The notes beneath the pieces were generated by a model. It was not told the DNA's origin. It saw nothing but the letters and a program-made list of their open reading frames with translations, and did not search any database. Shown here in pieces: positions 11,241 through 24,400 of a DNA stretch of 64,000 nt; positions within the stretch are counted from its first letter, which is position 1; every line of letters starts with the position of its first letter. Source of the DNA: Gammaproteobacteria bacterium. GTDB taxonomy: Bacteria; Pseudomonadota; Gammaproteobacteria; DRLM01. The stretch is from contig JAHFRV010000003.1 of NCBI GenBank assembly GCA_023266095.1, positions 29,444-93,443 of the forward strand. Direction: 5' to 3'. The position numbers and the translations under genes were made by a program.

Positions 11241-11867
11241 TCAGAAGACAAACCGGGGCGGTTGCGGGGCGTTGATCAAAGGCGGCAACACCGTTTCAAA
11301 CAGGGTTTGCTGGCCCCAGCTCTCCTCGCCGATCCGGGTGATCAGCTGGGCGGTCATCACCGGAGCGTCGCCGGTAATCACGAATAACCGGCCGCCGGTT
11401 TTGAGACTGCGGCGCAGGCTGTCGGGCAACACCGGCAAGGAGCCGGTCACGGCGATGACGTGGTAAGGGCCGTGCTGCTCCCAGCCGCGGCTGGCGTCGC
11501 CGGTGTCCAAGCTGACATTGGCGATGCCGTGGGCCGTCAGTTTGTGCCGGGCCTGTTGCGTGAACTCGGCATGGATGTCCACGCTGTACACCTGTTTGGC
11601 GCAGCGGGCGAGCAAGGCGGTGAAATAGCCGCTGCCGGTGCCGATCTCCAACGCCGACTCGCCGAGTTGGACGTTGAGCGCCTGCAGCATGCGTGCCTCG
11701 ACCTTGGGCGGCATCATCATCTCGCCGTGTTCCAGCGGGATGTTGATGTCGGCGTAGGCCAGGCTGGTGTAGGCGGCGGGTACGAAGGCCTCGCGGGGCA
11801 GGCTGTCGATCAGTTCCAGTACCCGTTGATCCAGCACGTCCCAGGGCCGGATCTGCTGTTCGATCAT
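11241..11867 (-). CDS. pcm: protein-L-isoaspartate O-methyltransferase
   Basis: Trimmed to Met MIEQQIRPWDV (209 aa). Has the SAM motif LEIGTGSGY. Confidence 0.85.
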   Translation of the reverse strand: MIEQQIRPWDVLDQRVLELIDSLPREAFVPAAYTSLAYADINIPLEHGEMMMPPKVEARMLQALNVQLGESALEIGTGSGYFTALLARCAKQVYSVDIHAEFTQQARHKLTAHGIANVSLDTGDASRGWEQHGPYHVIAVTGSLPVLPDSLRRSLKTGGRLFVITGDAPVMTAQLITRIGEESWGQQTLFETVLPPLINAPQPPRFVF

Positions 11868-12149
11868 ATTATGGCGGGCTAGCGCGAGGTTCGGCGTCGT
11901 CACGTGGACATATCCTATGAATACAAAAACCTGTCCAAGGGTAAGCGCTTTGCGGGCGGCAGGCAAGGGTGGGGTCGCGGCCATGTCGCAGTCGGCTGAG
12001 GATAAAAACCCATATAACCGTCAAGGCGCCGGGCACGCCAAGAACGAAGTCTCTTGCTCGATCCGCACGCCTTGGCGGCCGGACGCAGTTGTCTTGCAAA
12101 TCCGGGGCGCTTGCTATAGTTTGGAGCCTCCCCGGCGGGTGCCTTCCCG

Positions 12150-12235
12150 CCGGTTGGCTAGGGGTGCCTCGCGCAGCGGGGCTGAGAAACACCCTTCGAA
12201 CCTGATCCGGTTGAGACCGGCGTAGGGAAGCCGCA
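12150..12235 (+). ncRNA. TPP (THI-box) riboswitch upstream of thiC
   Basis: ctaggggtgcc...gctgagaaacaccctt..gaacctgatccggtt.agaccggcgtagggaag matches the TPP riboswitch consensus (GGGGUGCC, CUGAGA, ACCCUU..GAACCUGAUC..GGUUAAUACC.GCGUAGGGAA). Confidence 0.85.
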
Positions 12236-12276
12236 TCACTGCCGCCGACCTGCGCCCATATCTTCCCCCACTTTGA

Positions 12277-14166
<1,890 letters not shown>

Positions 14167-14371
14167 GGATGAAAGGGCGGGTGGTAGCGTGATGTGCGGA
14201 GTGGAGACCGCGGCCTTCAGCCGCGCGCAGCGTACTAGCACACTCAGTAATATGTGAGCATTTTGAGGGTGATTTCAATGCCACGATGCGTCCTTCAGCG
14301 AGATCATGAACAGGTTCTTACGGTGCTGGCGGGTATCAGTTGAATGTGCCGGTTGCGCCGGGGAGGGAGTA

Positions 14372-14962
14372 ATGAACAGCTGGGTTTGCGTATGGGTGTT
14401 GGTCGTATTGTTTCCCGCTACACTCCTGGCCGACACCTCGTTCAACTGCGGCAACCGCATCATCTCGCTCGGTGACAGCAAAGCCGAGGTGCTGGTCCGC
14501 TGCGGCGCACCGGATTGGCAGGACGATTGGACTGAATACGTCGTCGAAAGCCTCTCCACGGCGGCGGAACGGCGCCTCTCCATCGCCCGTGAAGTCTGGT
14601 TATACGATCTCGGCCCGACGGCTTTCCAACGTATCCTGACATTTGAAAATGGCCGCCTGCAAGACATTGCTGCGGGCGGACGGGGGGTCGCCGTGACGCA
14701 CCGCCCTGGGCAGGACTGCGGCTTCGATACCCTCGCCGAGGGGCTGACTCAATATGAAACGCTGCGTCGTTGCGGCCGGCCTTTTTTCCGCGACTCCCGC
14801 TATGAAGAAACGCGGCTGGCTAAGGATGAAGGTGGCCGGCATTTCATCAATAAACGAGTGGATGAATGGACCTATAACCTGGGCCCCAATCTCTTCATGC
14901 GGATTTTGATTTTTGAAAACGGCCGGCTGGTGCGGGTGAGCACGGGTAACCGCGGGGAGTAG
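14372..14962 (+). CDS. secreted DUF2845-like protein with two tandem domains
   Basis: Signal peptide (MNSWVCVWVLVVLFPATLLA). Two homologous halves (CGNRIISLGDSK...LTFENGRLQDI and CGFDTLAEG...LIFENGRLVRV). RBS ggaggg before the ATG at 14372. Confidence 0.6.
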   Translation: MNSWVCVWVLVVLFPATLLADTSFNCGNRIISLGDSKAEVLVRCGAPDWQDDWTEYVVESLSTAAERRLSIAREVWLYDLGPTAFQRILTFENGRLQDIAAGGRGVAVTHRPGQDCGFDTLAEGLTQYETLRRCGRPFFRDSRYEETRLAKDEGGRHFINKRVDEWTYNLGPNLFMRILIFENGRLVRVSTGNRGE

Positions 14963-15071
14963 GCGATTTCGCTTCCGCATTTATCCGACCTGGCGGACGA
15001 CGCGAGCCCACGGTCCGCCGACGCCGCTTGCGGGCTCGGCGGAGGCGGACTGCGCGACAGCTCGCCGTCTT

Positions 15072-15470
15072 TCAGGATTTTTCGTCTTCCTCGTCCCAAA
15101 CGGCATCGTCTTCTTCGATGTCGTCGATCGGCAGTCCGTCCAAGGCGTCGTCGTCGGTTTTCTTGACCTTGGGCTTCGCCAATGGCGCGCGCTCGGGCAC
15201 GATCAAGGGTTGCGTCACCCGCGGTGTGAAATTGCGTAGGACTTCGCCATAGATCTGCTTCAAATCGTTGATCAGGCCCGCTTCTTTATCTTTCAACTCT
15301 CGAAGTTTGGGCTCGACGATCTGACGGTTGTATTCGAGAATTTCCTTACGCGTGAGGTTGAAAAGATAAAATGTTTGGGGATTGCCCGTATCGAGCTTGC
15401 GATCCAGCAGGACCGGACTGCTCTTGGCGCCCGCTTCAAGATAACCGTACCAGTGTTGCTTATCGTTCAT
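15072..15470 (-). CDS. hypothetical protein with acidic C-terminal tail
   Basis: 132 aa ORF with a DDIEEDDAVWDEEDEKS tail. No family recognised. Confidence 0.45.
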   Translation of the reverse strand: MNDKQHWYGYLEAGAKSSPVLLDRKLDTGNPQTFYLFNLTRKEILEYNRQIVEPKLRELKDKEAGLINDLKQIYGEVLRNFTPRVTQPLIVPERAPLAKPKVKKTDDDALDGLPIDDIEEDDAVWDEEDEKS

Positions 15471-16053
15471 TGTCCTAAGGCATCTTTAAAATTTAGTAAT
15501 TTGGTCGAGTCATGGTGCCCCTGCGCGGCCGCTGGCGCAATGCAGTGTCCGGTTCGGCACACTATACTTTGCCGTGGGAAGACCGCCTCGCCGCCGGTGT
15601 GAGGCGGTCAAAATGATAACGTGATTGTCGCGCTTGTATAGCCCCCCCTGTAAATAATGTCTGGCTCGGTTATCGGATGCGGGCCGGAGACCCTTAGGGG
15701 CTTCTGATATTGCCTCTAATATCGCCTTAGGGGTGGCCGCGGCAATCTCACCGTGGATTGGGCTAAGTCCGGGTTTGTTATAAGGACGGGCACCGACCGT
15801 CAATCGCTGGACGGAAGCAGGGAGTACACCGCATAGACAGGCGTTCCTGCTATCTCGGCGGGATATATTCAGACCCGCGTGTGCTCGGCCGATGAGTAAG
15901 GGATGAATGATGGGGTGATAAACATAGAAAAAGCAGGGGTTTTTTGGCTCGCGGCCCATGGCGGGAGGGCTCTCCCTGTTCAATGCCATTACAGCGGGCG
16001 AGGTGTGGTCGCCATATATCCAGTAGGCCGGGCCGCGATGGTGAGGATTGGCG

Positions 16054-19000
16054 ATGAATGCGGTGATCGTTCCGAAATGGGTGGATAGCCAGCGGCACCC
16101 GGCCATGCTGTCGATAGGTATCGTGCTGTTGTTCGCGCTGGGCGACTATGTTCTGCCTTTCAGTCAGGTGGCACGGCACTGGTGGGCGGATATATTCTGG
16201 ACGCTGGTTTCGCTGATGGCCGCGCTGCGCTGTTTCGCGGTGGCGCGGTTGATGCCGGATCGCGTGAATACGGCTTGGCGGTTATTCGGCGCGGGTTGCC
16301 TGGCATGGTTCGGCGGCATGCTGGACTGGGATTACCAAGAGTTGGTATCGGGCGAGTACACACCGTTCCCCGCGCTGTCGGATGTAGGATTCTTGTTGCT
16401 AGCACCTTTTTTCGCCGCGGGGCTGTTTTATTATCGCCCAGTAAAAGCCAGTGTGCAGTTCACCTTGATGGAGTTCAGCCAGTTTGGCATTTTCATCATG
16501 TGTATCGTTGCCGTGCATGTGGTGATTTTCTATGAACCGATGTTGTTCCGCCAGCACGCCGATAGCTACGTCGTCACCGCAGTCGCATATCCGGCGTTGT
16601 ACATGGCGTTGTTCATCTACGCCATCATTAATCTGTCCTTCTATGCGCATGGCCCGGCGCGGCAGGTGCTGGTGTTCGTCGTCGCGGGGATCGCCGTGCA
16701 GGCGGTCACCAATACCCTCTATGCCTATGCCTTGCTGGGTCATGAATATCAAGCGGGTAATTATCTGGATGTGGGATGGATAGTCGGTTTTGCGCTGATT
16801 TATTACGGGGCGGTCAAGCAGGCCACGCTGGTTTCCAGCGACGTGGCCATGCGCGAACCCGCCTTGCCGCGCGAACTGCGTTTCGGCCGCCTGATGCCGC
16901 CCTTTGCGCTATTGGTTACCGTGTTGGTGGTGATCCTGTTCCGCGACAATCTGCGGCCCGAGATGATCGATATTCTCATTCCTGTGGTGGTGAGCCTGTT
17001 GATTTGTCTGACCTTGCGTGAATGGGCAAGCAGTCAGCTGGAAGCAAACCTCAATGATGCAGTACGGTCTTCCGAGGAAAAGTTGCGGCAGACGGCGCGG
17101 GTGGCGCCGGTGGGTATTTTCCGGACCGACGCCAAGGGCGAATGCCTCTACGTCAATGCCTACTGCTGCGAGATCGTCGGTCTGACGCCGGCGGCCTGGT
17201 TGGGCAGCGGCTGGATGCGTTCACTACATCCTGATGACCGCGAGCGGGTGACCAGTCAATGGTCCGCGGCGATGGTCGGCGAGAGCAATTTTCGCGATGA
17301 ATACCGCTTGATTCATGCCAACGGCGAGGTGGTCTGGGTGTTGGGCGCGGCGGTGCCGGAGCGCGATAGTTGGGGCAATGTCATCGGCTACGTCGGCAGC
17401 GTGATAAATATCACCGCGCGGCGGGAAATGGAGCAGGCCCTCCGCGAGTCGGAAGAACGTTTCCGCAAGGTGTTCGCCTCCAGCCCGGTGCTGATGAGTA
17501 TCACCCGTAAGGACGACGGGGTGTTCCTCGACGTCAACGCCGCGTTTTTGGAAGCCACCGGCTGGCGGCGTGATGAACTCATCGGCCACACCGCGCTCGA
17601 TATGAAAATCTGGATGGCGCCGCAGGATCAGGCCCCTATGCTGACGCGCCTGCAAGCGGAGGCGGCGCTAAGCGGGACGGATTGGTGCTTGCGGACCAAG
17701 ACCGGCGAGATCCGCGATGTGCTGGGTTCGATCGAAGTGGTAAGCCTGGGCGGAGAGGATTGTATGGTGGTGGTGGCACAGGACATTACTGATCGCAAAC
17801 GCACCGATGCGCAAATGTACAAATTGTCCAGCGCCCTCGAGCAGACCGCCGACGTGGTGATGATCACCGATCGCCACGGCGTCATCGACTACGTTAATAC
17901 CGCTTTCGAGAAGATCACCGGTTATCAACGCGGCGAGGTGCTCGGCAAGCAGCCGAATATTCTCGATTCCGGCAGACAGAGCCAGGAGTTCTATCGCGAT
18001 CTGTGGAGCGGCATTCTGGCCGGCAAGATCTACAACGATGTCTTCATCAATAAAAAGAAAGATGGGACGTTTTATTACGAGGAAAAAACCATCACGCCGC
18101 TTAAGGACGAGCAAGGCATCATCAGACATTTCGTCAGTACCGGCCGCGATATCACCGAGCGCATGCAAACCCAGGAGCGCTTGCAGTTTCTCGCCCATCA
18201 CGATGCATTGACCGAGTTGCCCAATCGCAGCCTGTTGCTCGATCGGCTCAAGCAATCGCTGGCGTATGCCCGTTGGCATGAACGGCTGGTGGCGGTATTG
18301 TTTCTGGATATCGACCGCTTCAAAAACATCAACGACACCCTCGGCCATGAGGCGGGCGATTGCTTGTTGCAGGCCATATCGGCGCGCCTGGGCGGGTGTT
18401 TGCGCGAACGGGATACGGTGGCGCGTTTCGGCGGCGATGAGTTCGTGATTTTGTTGAATGATGTGGCGGCAGCGGCGGACGTCAATCTGCTTGCGCAAAA
18501 AATTCTCGATGTAATGAAGCCGCCGTTCTCGATCAACGACACCACCCTGCATGTCACCGTGAGTATCGGTATCAGCCTGTTCCCCGGCGACGGCGAGGAT
18601 GCTGGAAACCTGCTGCGCAACGCCGACAATGCCATGTACCGCGCTAAGGAGCGAGGTCGCAATAACTATCAGTTTTACTCTTCGGAGATGGGCGCCCGCG
18701 CCTTGGCGCGCCTGACTCTCGAAAATAGTCTGCGCCGCGCCTTGGAGCGCAGCGAGTTCGTGTTGCATTATCAGCCGCAGGTCGATGCGCGTGATGCGCG
18801 GGTGGTTGGTGTCGAGGCCTTATTGCGTTGGCAGCATCCGGAGTTCGGCTTGGTGTCGCCCTTGGATTTCGTGCCGTTGCTGGAAGAGACCGGCCTGATC
18901 GTCCCGGTGGGCCAATGGGCACTGCAAACCGCCTGCGAGCAACTGGCGCGTTGGCGGCAGCAGGGCTGGCCGAGCTTGCGCATGGCGGTGAATATCTCCA

Positions 19001-19497
19001 GTCGCCAGTTTGAACATGCCAGCTTGCCGGGTACGGTGGCGGAGGCGCTGTCCTCCTGCCGACTCGCGGCGGCGGATTTGGAGCTGGAGATCACTGAAAG
19101 TATTTTGATGCATCAAGACCCGGCCATGGTCAGCGCCTTTGAGGCCTTGACCGATTTAGGTGTACGGATCGGCATAGATGATTTCGGCACTGGCTATTCG
19201 TCGCTGGGTTATCTGCGCCGTTTCCCGATCGACACCTTGAAGATCGACCGCTCTTTTATCCGCGACATTCCCGGCGATGCGGAGGATGCCGCCATCACCC
19301 ACGCGATCATCGTGATGGGCCAAAGCCTGAAACTGGAACTGGTCGCCGAGGGCGTGGAGACCGCCGAGCAGCGGGCCTTTCTGCTTTCGCACCAATGCCA
19401 TTTGATGCAGGGCTATTTTTTCAGCCGACCCTTGCCGCCGGAAGGTTTGACCCGTTACCTGGCCTCGGTGCAGGGCGGGCAAGGAATGGGGATTTGA
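16054..19497 (+). CDS. membrane sensor PAS/PAC-GGDEF-EAL protein (diguanylate cyclase/phosphodiesterase)
   Basis: About 1147 aa. N-terminal multi-TM region, PAS/PAC repeats, a GGDEF domain with an intact RFGGDEF motif, and an EAL domain (ELEITESIL, DDFGTGYSSL). Confidence 0.9.
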   Translation: MNAVIVPKWVDSQRHPAMLSIGIVLLFALGDYVLPFSQVARHWWADIFWTLVSLMAALRCFAVARLMPDRVNTAWRLFGAGCLAWFGGMLDWDYQELVSGEYTPFPALSDVGFLLLAPFFAAGLFYYRPVKASVQFTLMEFSQFGIFIMCIVAVHVVIFYEPMLFRQHADSYVVTAVAYPALYMALFIYAIINLSFYAHGPARQVLVFVVAGIAVQAVTNTLYAYALLGHEYQAGNYLDVGWIVGFALIYYGAVKQATLVSSDVAMREPALPRELRFGRLMPPFALLVTVLVVILFRDNLRPEMIDILIPVVVSLLICLTLREWASSQLEANLNDAVRSSEEKLRQTARVAPVGIFRTDAKGECLYVNAYCCEIVGLTPAAWLGSGWMRSLHPDDRERVTSQWSAAMVGESNFRDEYRLIHANGEVVWVLGAAVPERDSWGNVIGYVGSVINITARREMEQALRESEERFRKVFASSPVLMSITRKDDGVFLDVNAAFLEATGWRRDELIGHTALDMKIWMAPQDQAPMLTRLQAEAALSGTDWCLRTKTGEIRDVLGSIEVVSLGGEDCMVVVAQDITDRKRTDAQMYKLSSALEQTADVVMITDRHGVIDYVNTAFEKITGYQRGEVLGKQPNILDSGRQSQEFYRDLWSGILAGKIYNDVFINKKKDGTFYYEEKTITPLKDEQGIIRHFVSTGRDITERMQTQERLQFLAHHDALTELPNRSLLLDRLKQSLAYARWHERLVAVLFLDIDRFKNINDTLGHEAGDCLLQAISARLGGCLRERDTVARFGGDEFVILLNDVAAAADVNLLAQKILDVMKPPFSINDTTLHVTVSIGISLFPGDGEDAGNLLRNADNAMYRAKERGRNNYQFYSSEMGARALARLTLENSLRRALERSEFVLHYQPQVDARDARVVGVEALLRWQHPEFGLVSPLDFVPLLEETGLIVPVGQWALQTACEQLARWRQQGWPSLRMAVNISSRQFEHASLPGTVAEALSSCRLAAADLELEITESILMHQDPAMVSAFEALTDLGVRIGIDDFGTGYSSLGYLRRFPIDTLKIDRSFIRDIPGDAEDAAITHAIIVMGQSLKLELVAEGVETAEQRAFLLSHQCHLMQGYFFSRPLPPEGLTRYLASVQGGQGMGI

Positions 19498-19850
19498 ACG
19501 GGCGGGAGTGAGCTTGACGTGCGCCGGACAAGCGCAAAGGTTTTTTCCTGTGATGGGGTGTTTTCTGAGGCGCGGCGCGATAATTCGGCCGCTGCCGACG
19601 CGATAATTGCCAGCGCGGCGAATTGTACTGGATAAAATGGAATTGCGGAGAGTGTAATCAGGTGAGCATTCCGGCGCGCTTCCACGCGCCGCGCTCGACG
19701 AGCTAAGGAAAGCGAAGCGAAGGCGAGGAGCCCGCGGTAGACGCGAAGCGGCGTCAGCCATTGTGGTAGCCATGAGGTGCTGCGCAGTGGCGCGTCGTGG
19801 CGGACGCAGGGCGGCCGGGGCGAAAGGAATCAACGTCGCGAGACCGAGGT

Positions 19851-19876
19851 CGATTCGCACACGGAGGTGCGAATCG
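19851..19876 (+). other. 10-bp stem hairpin (cgattcgcac/gtgcgaatcg) in the host-prophage junction region
   Basis: Perfect inverted repeat with a 6-nt loop followed by TTT. Possible terminator or element-end structure. Confidence 0.3.
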
Positions 19877-19901
19877 TTTCCTGAGGGCCGCGACACATCG
19901 A

Positions 19902-21407
19902 TTAGCAAGCCTTAACGACCGCCTCAGGCCTGCCGTCCTCGAGAATCCGCCGCACCTGGCCCACGGCGAGCCGGTACTCCTCGAACGTGATCGCGTCCGC
20001 CGGCACCGCGCGGCCGGTGATCCCACCGTCCGGCGCTTCCGTCGCCACGACATAATCGCCCGGCTGCGCGCCGCGCACATTGACTGGCACCTTGCCGGCG
20101 TAGGCGATGCGATCGACCGCCCCCCGGGCAGCCTCTACGGCCGCGTCGAAGCTCGCACGGGCCGCGCTGTGCTCGGCTAGACGTCGGGCTAGGCGCTCGG
20201 CCAGGATCGACTCAAACGCCGCCACGGCGCGACGATAGGCGGCCGATGTGCGCCCGCGCTGGCGGTCGTATATTTCCTGCTGTCGCGCGGCCGACAGCTT
20301 GGCCACACGCGCCACATCATCCACGCCCAAGGCCCGCCACGCTTCGGCGGCCGGCCGCACGGTGCCCTCGGCGGCGAGCTCGGCCTCGACGGTCGCCGCA
20401 TCGACCTGTGCAGGCTCGGCCATACCTATTTGCTCTGCCGCGCCCCACGTATCACCGCCAACATACGACGGGTCGGTGGACTTGACGCCGAAATTCACCG
20501 CCAGCGCCCACCGATCCGTCAATTGTCCGACATCATCGAACCCCACCACGTCGCCCTTGCGGATCGGCTCACAGTCGGCCCGTTTGCGCTCATACTCGGC
20601 ATAGTCGGCGCCGCTGGCGTTGATCGTGCCGCCGGCATTGATTGAGCGGCTGGTGGATGTGTTTTTTCCGACGTACATTGTGGCATTGCTTACGCTGTAG
20701 CCGGTCGTGCCGCTCGCGTACATCAGCACAGCAGACACCGCCTGATTGACGTTGTACACCTGCGCGCCGAGCCCATCGAGAACGGTATACGACCGCAACT
20801 GCGTAGCGTACAACTCGCCCGTGGCCGTGCGCAGCGCAATAGTATTACCCGTCGTGTTGCTGCTGGTGGTGTAGCCGTCGAGCAGGTCGGCATCCAGCCC
20901 GCTGCCCGCGCCGTCGTTGCCGGCGTGCCATACAACATTGGATGATATTGTCGGCGCCGTGGTGAAGTTGCTCGCGGCGTCGAGCCGAGCGTACTGCGAG
21001 CCGGTGGCGCCACCCAATTTCTCGGCGTTGAGGTTGACGTTCAGCGTGCCGTTATTGATCGGCACCTGCCCGCTGCTATTGCCCGCGTCATAGCCGTCGT
21101 GCTTGTCGGCGTTGAGCGTGGCGCACACGGTGCCATTGCTCACAGGTATTTGCCCGGCGGCGTTGCCGGCGTCGTAGCCGTCGTGTTTGTCCACGTTGAT
21201 CACGTACAGCGTCGAGAGATCGCCCCACGCCGAGCCGGACCATTTTTCCCACCTGTTGCTCGATACGTTCCATGTCACCGCGCCGACGGCGAGATTGGTG
21301 TCGCCCGCCAAAGATTGCTTGGCCAGGTTGTTGAGCCGCGCATTCAGTTCGTTGAAAAAACCTGTGGAGTAGTTCGACGCCGCATCCGGCTTTGTGTGAT
21401 CTGCCAT
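19902..21407 (-). CDS. phage tail fiber protein
   Basis: 501 aa. Repeated DKHDGYDAGNxxGQ(I/V)P motifs and a Gly/Ser/Thr/Asn-rich beta region. Terminal gene of the late operon. Confidence 0.65.
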   Translation of the reverse strand: MADHTKPDAASNYSTGFFNELNARLNNLAKQSLAGDTNLAVGAVTWNVSSNRWEKWSGSAWGDLSTLYVINVDKHDGYDAGNAAGQIPVSNGTVCATLNADKHDGYDAGNSSGQVPINNGTLNVNLNAEKLGGATGSQYARLDAASNFTTAPTISSNVVWHAGNDGAGSGLDADLLDGYTTSSNTTGNTIALRTATGELYATQLRSYTVLDGLGAQVYNVNQAVSAVLMYASGTTGYSVSNATMYVGKNTSTSRSINAGGTINASGADYAEYERKRADCEPIRKGDVVGFDDVGQLTDRWALAVNFGVKSTDPSYVGGDTWGAAEQIGMAEPAQVDAATVEAELAAEGTVRPAAEAWRALGVDDVARVAKLSAARQQEIYDRQRGRTSAAYRRAVAAFESILAERLARRLAEHSAARASFDAAVEAARGAVDRIAYAGKVPVNVRGAQPGDYVVATEAPDGGITGRAVPADAITFEEYRLAVGQVRRILEDGRPEAVVKAC

Positions 21408-21408
21408 A

Positions 21409-24400
21409 TCAATTGCCTCTTGATGTCCAGCTGAATCCGCCGCTCACGCGCGCGCCGGCGGCGTCGAAGAGCAGCACCTTGAATTGTGTTGGGTTGGGCG
21501 CGTCTACGAAATCGTAAATCGCATAGCGCGCCACGGTGCCGCTCGGCGTCACCGTGATCGACGACACATCGAGAAAGGCCGCGCCGAACGTCACCGTCGT
21601 GCCGCCTGCATCCGCCGCGGCTGCCGTGCCCATGCCGGCGTCGGATTTAAGTTTGAGCGACGCTTTGACGTTGAGGCTGTCGATGCGCACCAGGTCGTCG
21701 CCGCCGCTCGATGTCGTCGCGATCGTCACGCGCACGAAGCGAAAGCCGCCGGCTGCGAATGCCTCCCACACACTGCCATAGCTTGTCCACGCGCCCGGCG
21801 ACCCGCCGCTGTCCGGCGCGGTCTCCAGCGTCGGCGTCAACGTGTTGGTGCCATGTATCTGTGTTGTGGTGGGCGTGATCGTGATCTTGGTCGCCGGCAG
21901 CGTGGTGCCGTAGTCGATCACCTCTTGATACGATCCCGTCGCCGCCGACGGCTCGGCGTAGATCGGGTAGCCCGCCGAGATCTGCGCTTGGATGTTGCTC
22001 CAGCCGCCGTTGCTGAAATGCTGCGCCCAGGTCTCTGTCGTGGTCACCGGCAACAGCAGCGCGCCCGAGGCCAGCACCACCGCGCTGGTCTTGGTGCCGC
22101 CAAACGCGGAGTTCTGATCGCTGCGCAACACATAATCCGGCGGCTGAGAAACGGCGGCCGTCACCGCCACCGCCGTGCCCGCGTTGTCGGCCACGTCCAC
22201 CGGCTGCACCCAATACGTGTAATTGCCGCTCGCATCCTCAAACACCACGGCAAACGTCGAGTCCACCGCGCCGAAGTCGCGATCGGGCGAAGCGAAGACC
22301 GCGCCGCGCCGCACGTTGTAACGGCGGATCGGCAGCGAGCCTGGCGTCGCGGTCCACTTGAGCAACACGTTGTTGTCGATCACCTGCGCGATCGGGCTGC
22401 TGACCGTCGGCACCACCGTGGTGAACGTCGCGGTGGCGGCGTTGGTGCTGTACTTCTTGCGGCGGTCGATGGCCTTCACGAGATAGGTATTGAGGCCGGC
22501 CGGCAACGCTGTCAACAGCGTGTTTTCGGCGCTGCCGCGGAACACGAACGTCGCGGTGGCCCACACCGTGCCGCGGCGCACCTCGTACTCATTCACGTCG
22601 ACGTCGGCGACTTGTGACCACTTCAGCCGCGCGCGATCGCCGTCAATCTCGATCCACGCCGAAGCCACATCGCTCGGCGGTTGTTCCTCGCCGAGCACGG
22701 TGTAATTGAGCTGCTGGATATAGGGCGATTTATAGCTCATGGTGTTGACCGCGCACACTCGCACGTCGTAGGCAACGAGATCGCGCACCGGGAACAGATA
22801 CGCCTCGGTGCTGGAACGGCTCTGCGTCACCGTGCCCACCACCCAGTCCGACGACAACGACTCTTTGAGCTCAAATTGATAGCCGACCGCGTAGATGTCG
22901 GTGGTGGCGGTGATGTTGCACTTGATGCGCGCCAGGTTGGTGCCGTCGCCGAGGCGCATCAGGCCGTTGGTGCCGCCATCGAGCACCAGCGCCGAAGGCG
23001 GCACCACCACCGTCGGGTCGGGCAATCCGGTGTCGGCCGGCGTGGGCGCGGCCGTCGGCAATGCCAGGTCGTAAACCGTCGGCTCATGCTCGCGCGCCGT
23101 CACGCGCACGGTGCCGTCGTTTTGCAGGTCGAGTGTCAGCAGGCGAAACGTCTTTGCAGTCCACGCCGGCGTGGGGTGCGTGATGTTCACCACGTCGCCG
23201 ATACCACATTGCAGCGCCGCCAGCGTGGCGGTGAATCTCACCACCAGGCCCTGGCGCGATTGCTTGAGCTCCAGCTCGCAGAGATCGCGGGCGCGATACC
23301 AATTCTTTGTGTACGGCAGCGTCAGTCGCCGGTCGAGCAGGCGGTAGTTGTCGGCGGCGAGGAACGTCGGCGAATCGCACGGTGCCACGTCGGGCTCATA
23401 GTCCAGCGCCGGATTGCTGAAGCTCGCAGACACGCGGTTGCAGCGGTCGCGCTTGCTTGAGAATTCGATACCCCACTCGCCGACGATGTTGTCGATGTCG
23501 AAGGTGAATGTGGCCGCGGCCGGCTTGTCGAGAATGAGCGTGTACTTTCCGCCCGTGGTGGAGATGAACCCGCGGCAGCATGTCAGCAGCTCGATGATGT
23601 TGTCGCGCACCGGCCGGGCGGTGTCGACCGCGCCGTCGCACGAATAGAGGTTATGAAAAATGCCGGCGCCGTTGTATTGCTCACGCTGAATCTCGCAATA
23701 GGTCGCCGCGTCGATGATGGCGTCGTCGTCCACATCGGCCGTGCTGGCGCCGAGGCCATAGCGGGCGCTGGTGAGGTAGTCCCGAATGCACAATGCGGGG
23801 TTGCTGCTGTAGCGGGTACCGGGCACGATCGCGGCCGAGGTGGTGCGGACGTAGGGTTTCACTGCGCCGCTGCTGTTGAGCTGGACGCCGAAGATATAGA
23901 TGCCGGATACCCCGTCGCCGGCAAAGCTGTACACGCCGGCCGCCGTGGCCGCGTTAACTCGTGCATAGGCTGCCACACCCGTCCCGACCGGGACTATCGC
24001 CTTTACCCGCCACCAGCCGTCGCCAGCATCTTCCGTGCTAACGGTTACGACACCGAATGCATTCGACGTTGCGCCCGTGGTGAGGTCGATCCAGCAGCCG
24101 TTGTCGACGCCATTTGACCTCGCCGAGAACAGCCCGAATTGGTACTCGGCGGCCTTGGCATAAAATGAAAACGCATAGGCGACGCCTGCCAGGAATGTGA
24201 AATTTTCGCTGATCGCGTGCTCGGCGGCGCCGGCGCTCGCTATGAGTTTGTCGGCGGTGAGCGTGCCGTTCGGAGCGATGGTGGCGTTGGCCGATACGGT
24301 TGCATTGAGCTTGACCCAGGCTGCGTTGTCGAATTGCTCGCTATAGGTGAGCCTGTTCTCGCGCGGATCGTAGACCTGCCTGCCTCGCAAATCCGCCTGC

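Noticed and set aside
15510-16106. 198-aa minus-strand ORF in the leader of the GGDEF-EAL gene.
   Set aside because: It overlaps the sensor gene start and is compositionally odd with no RBS. The region is treated as non-coding leader.
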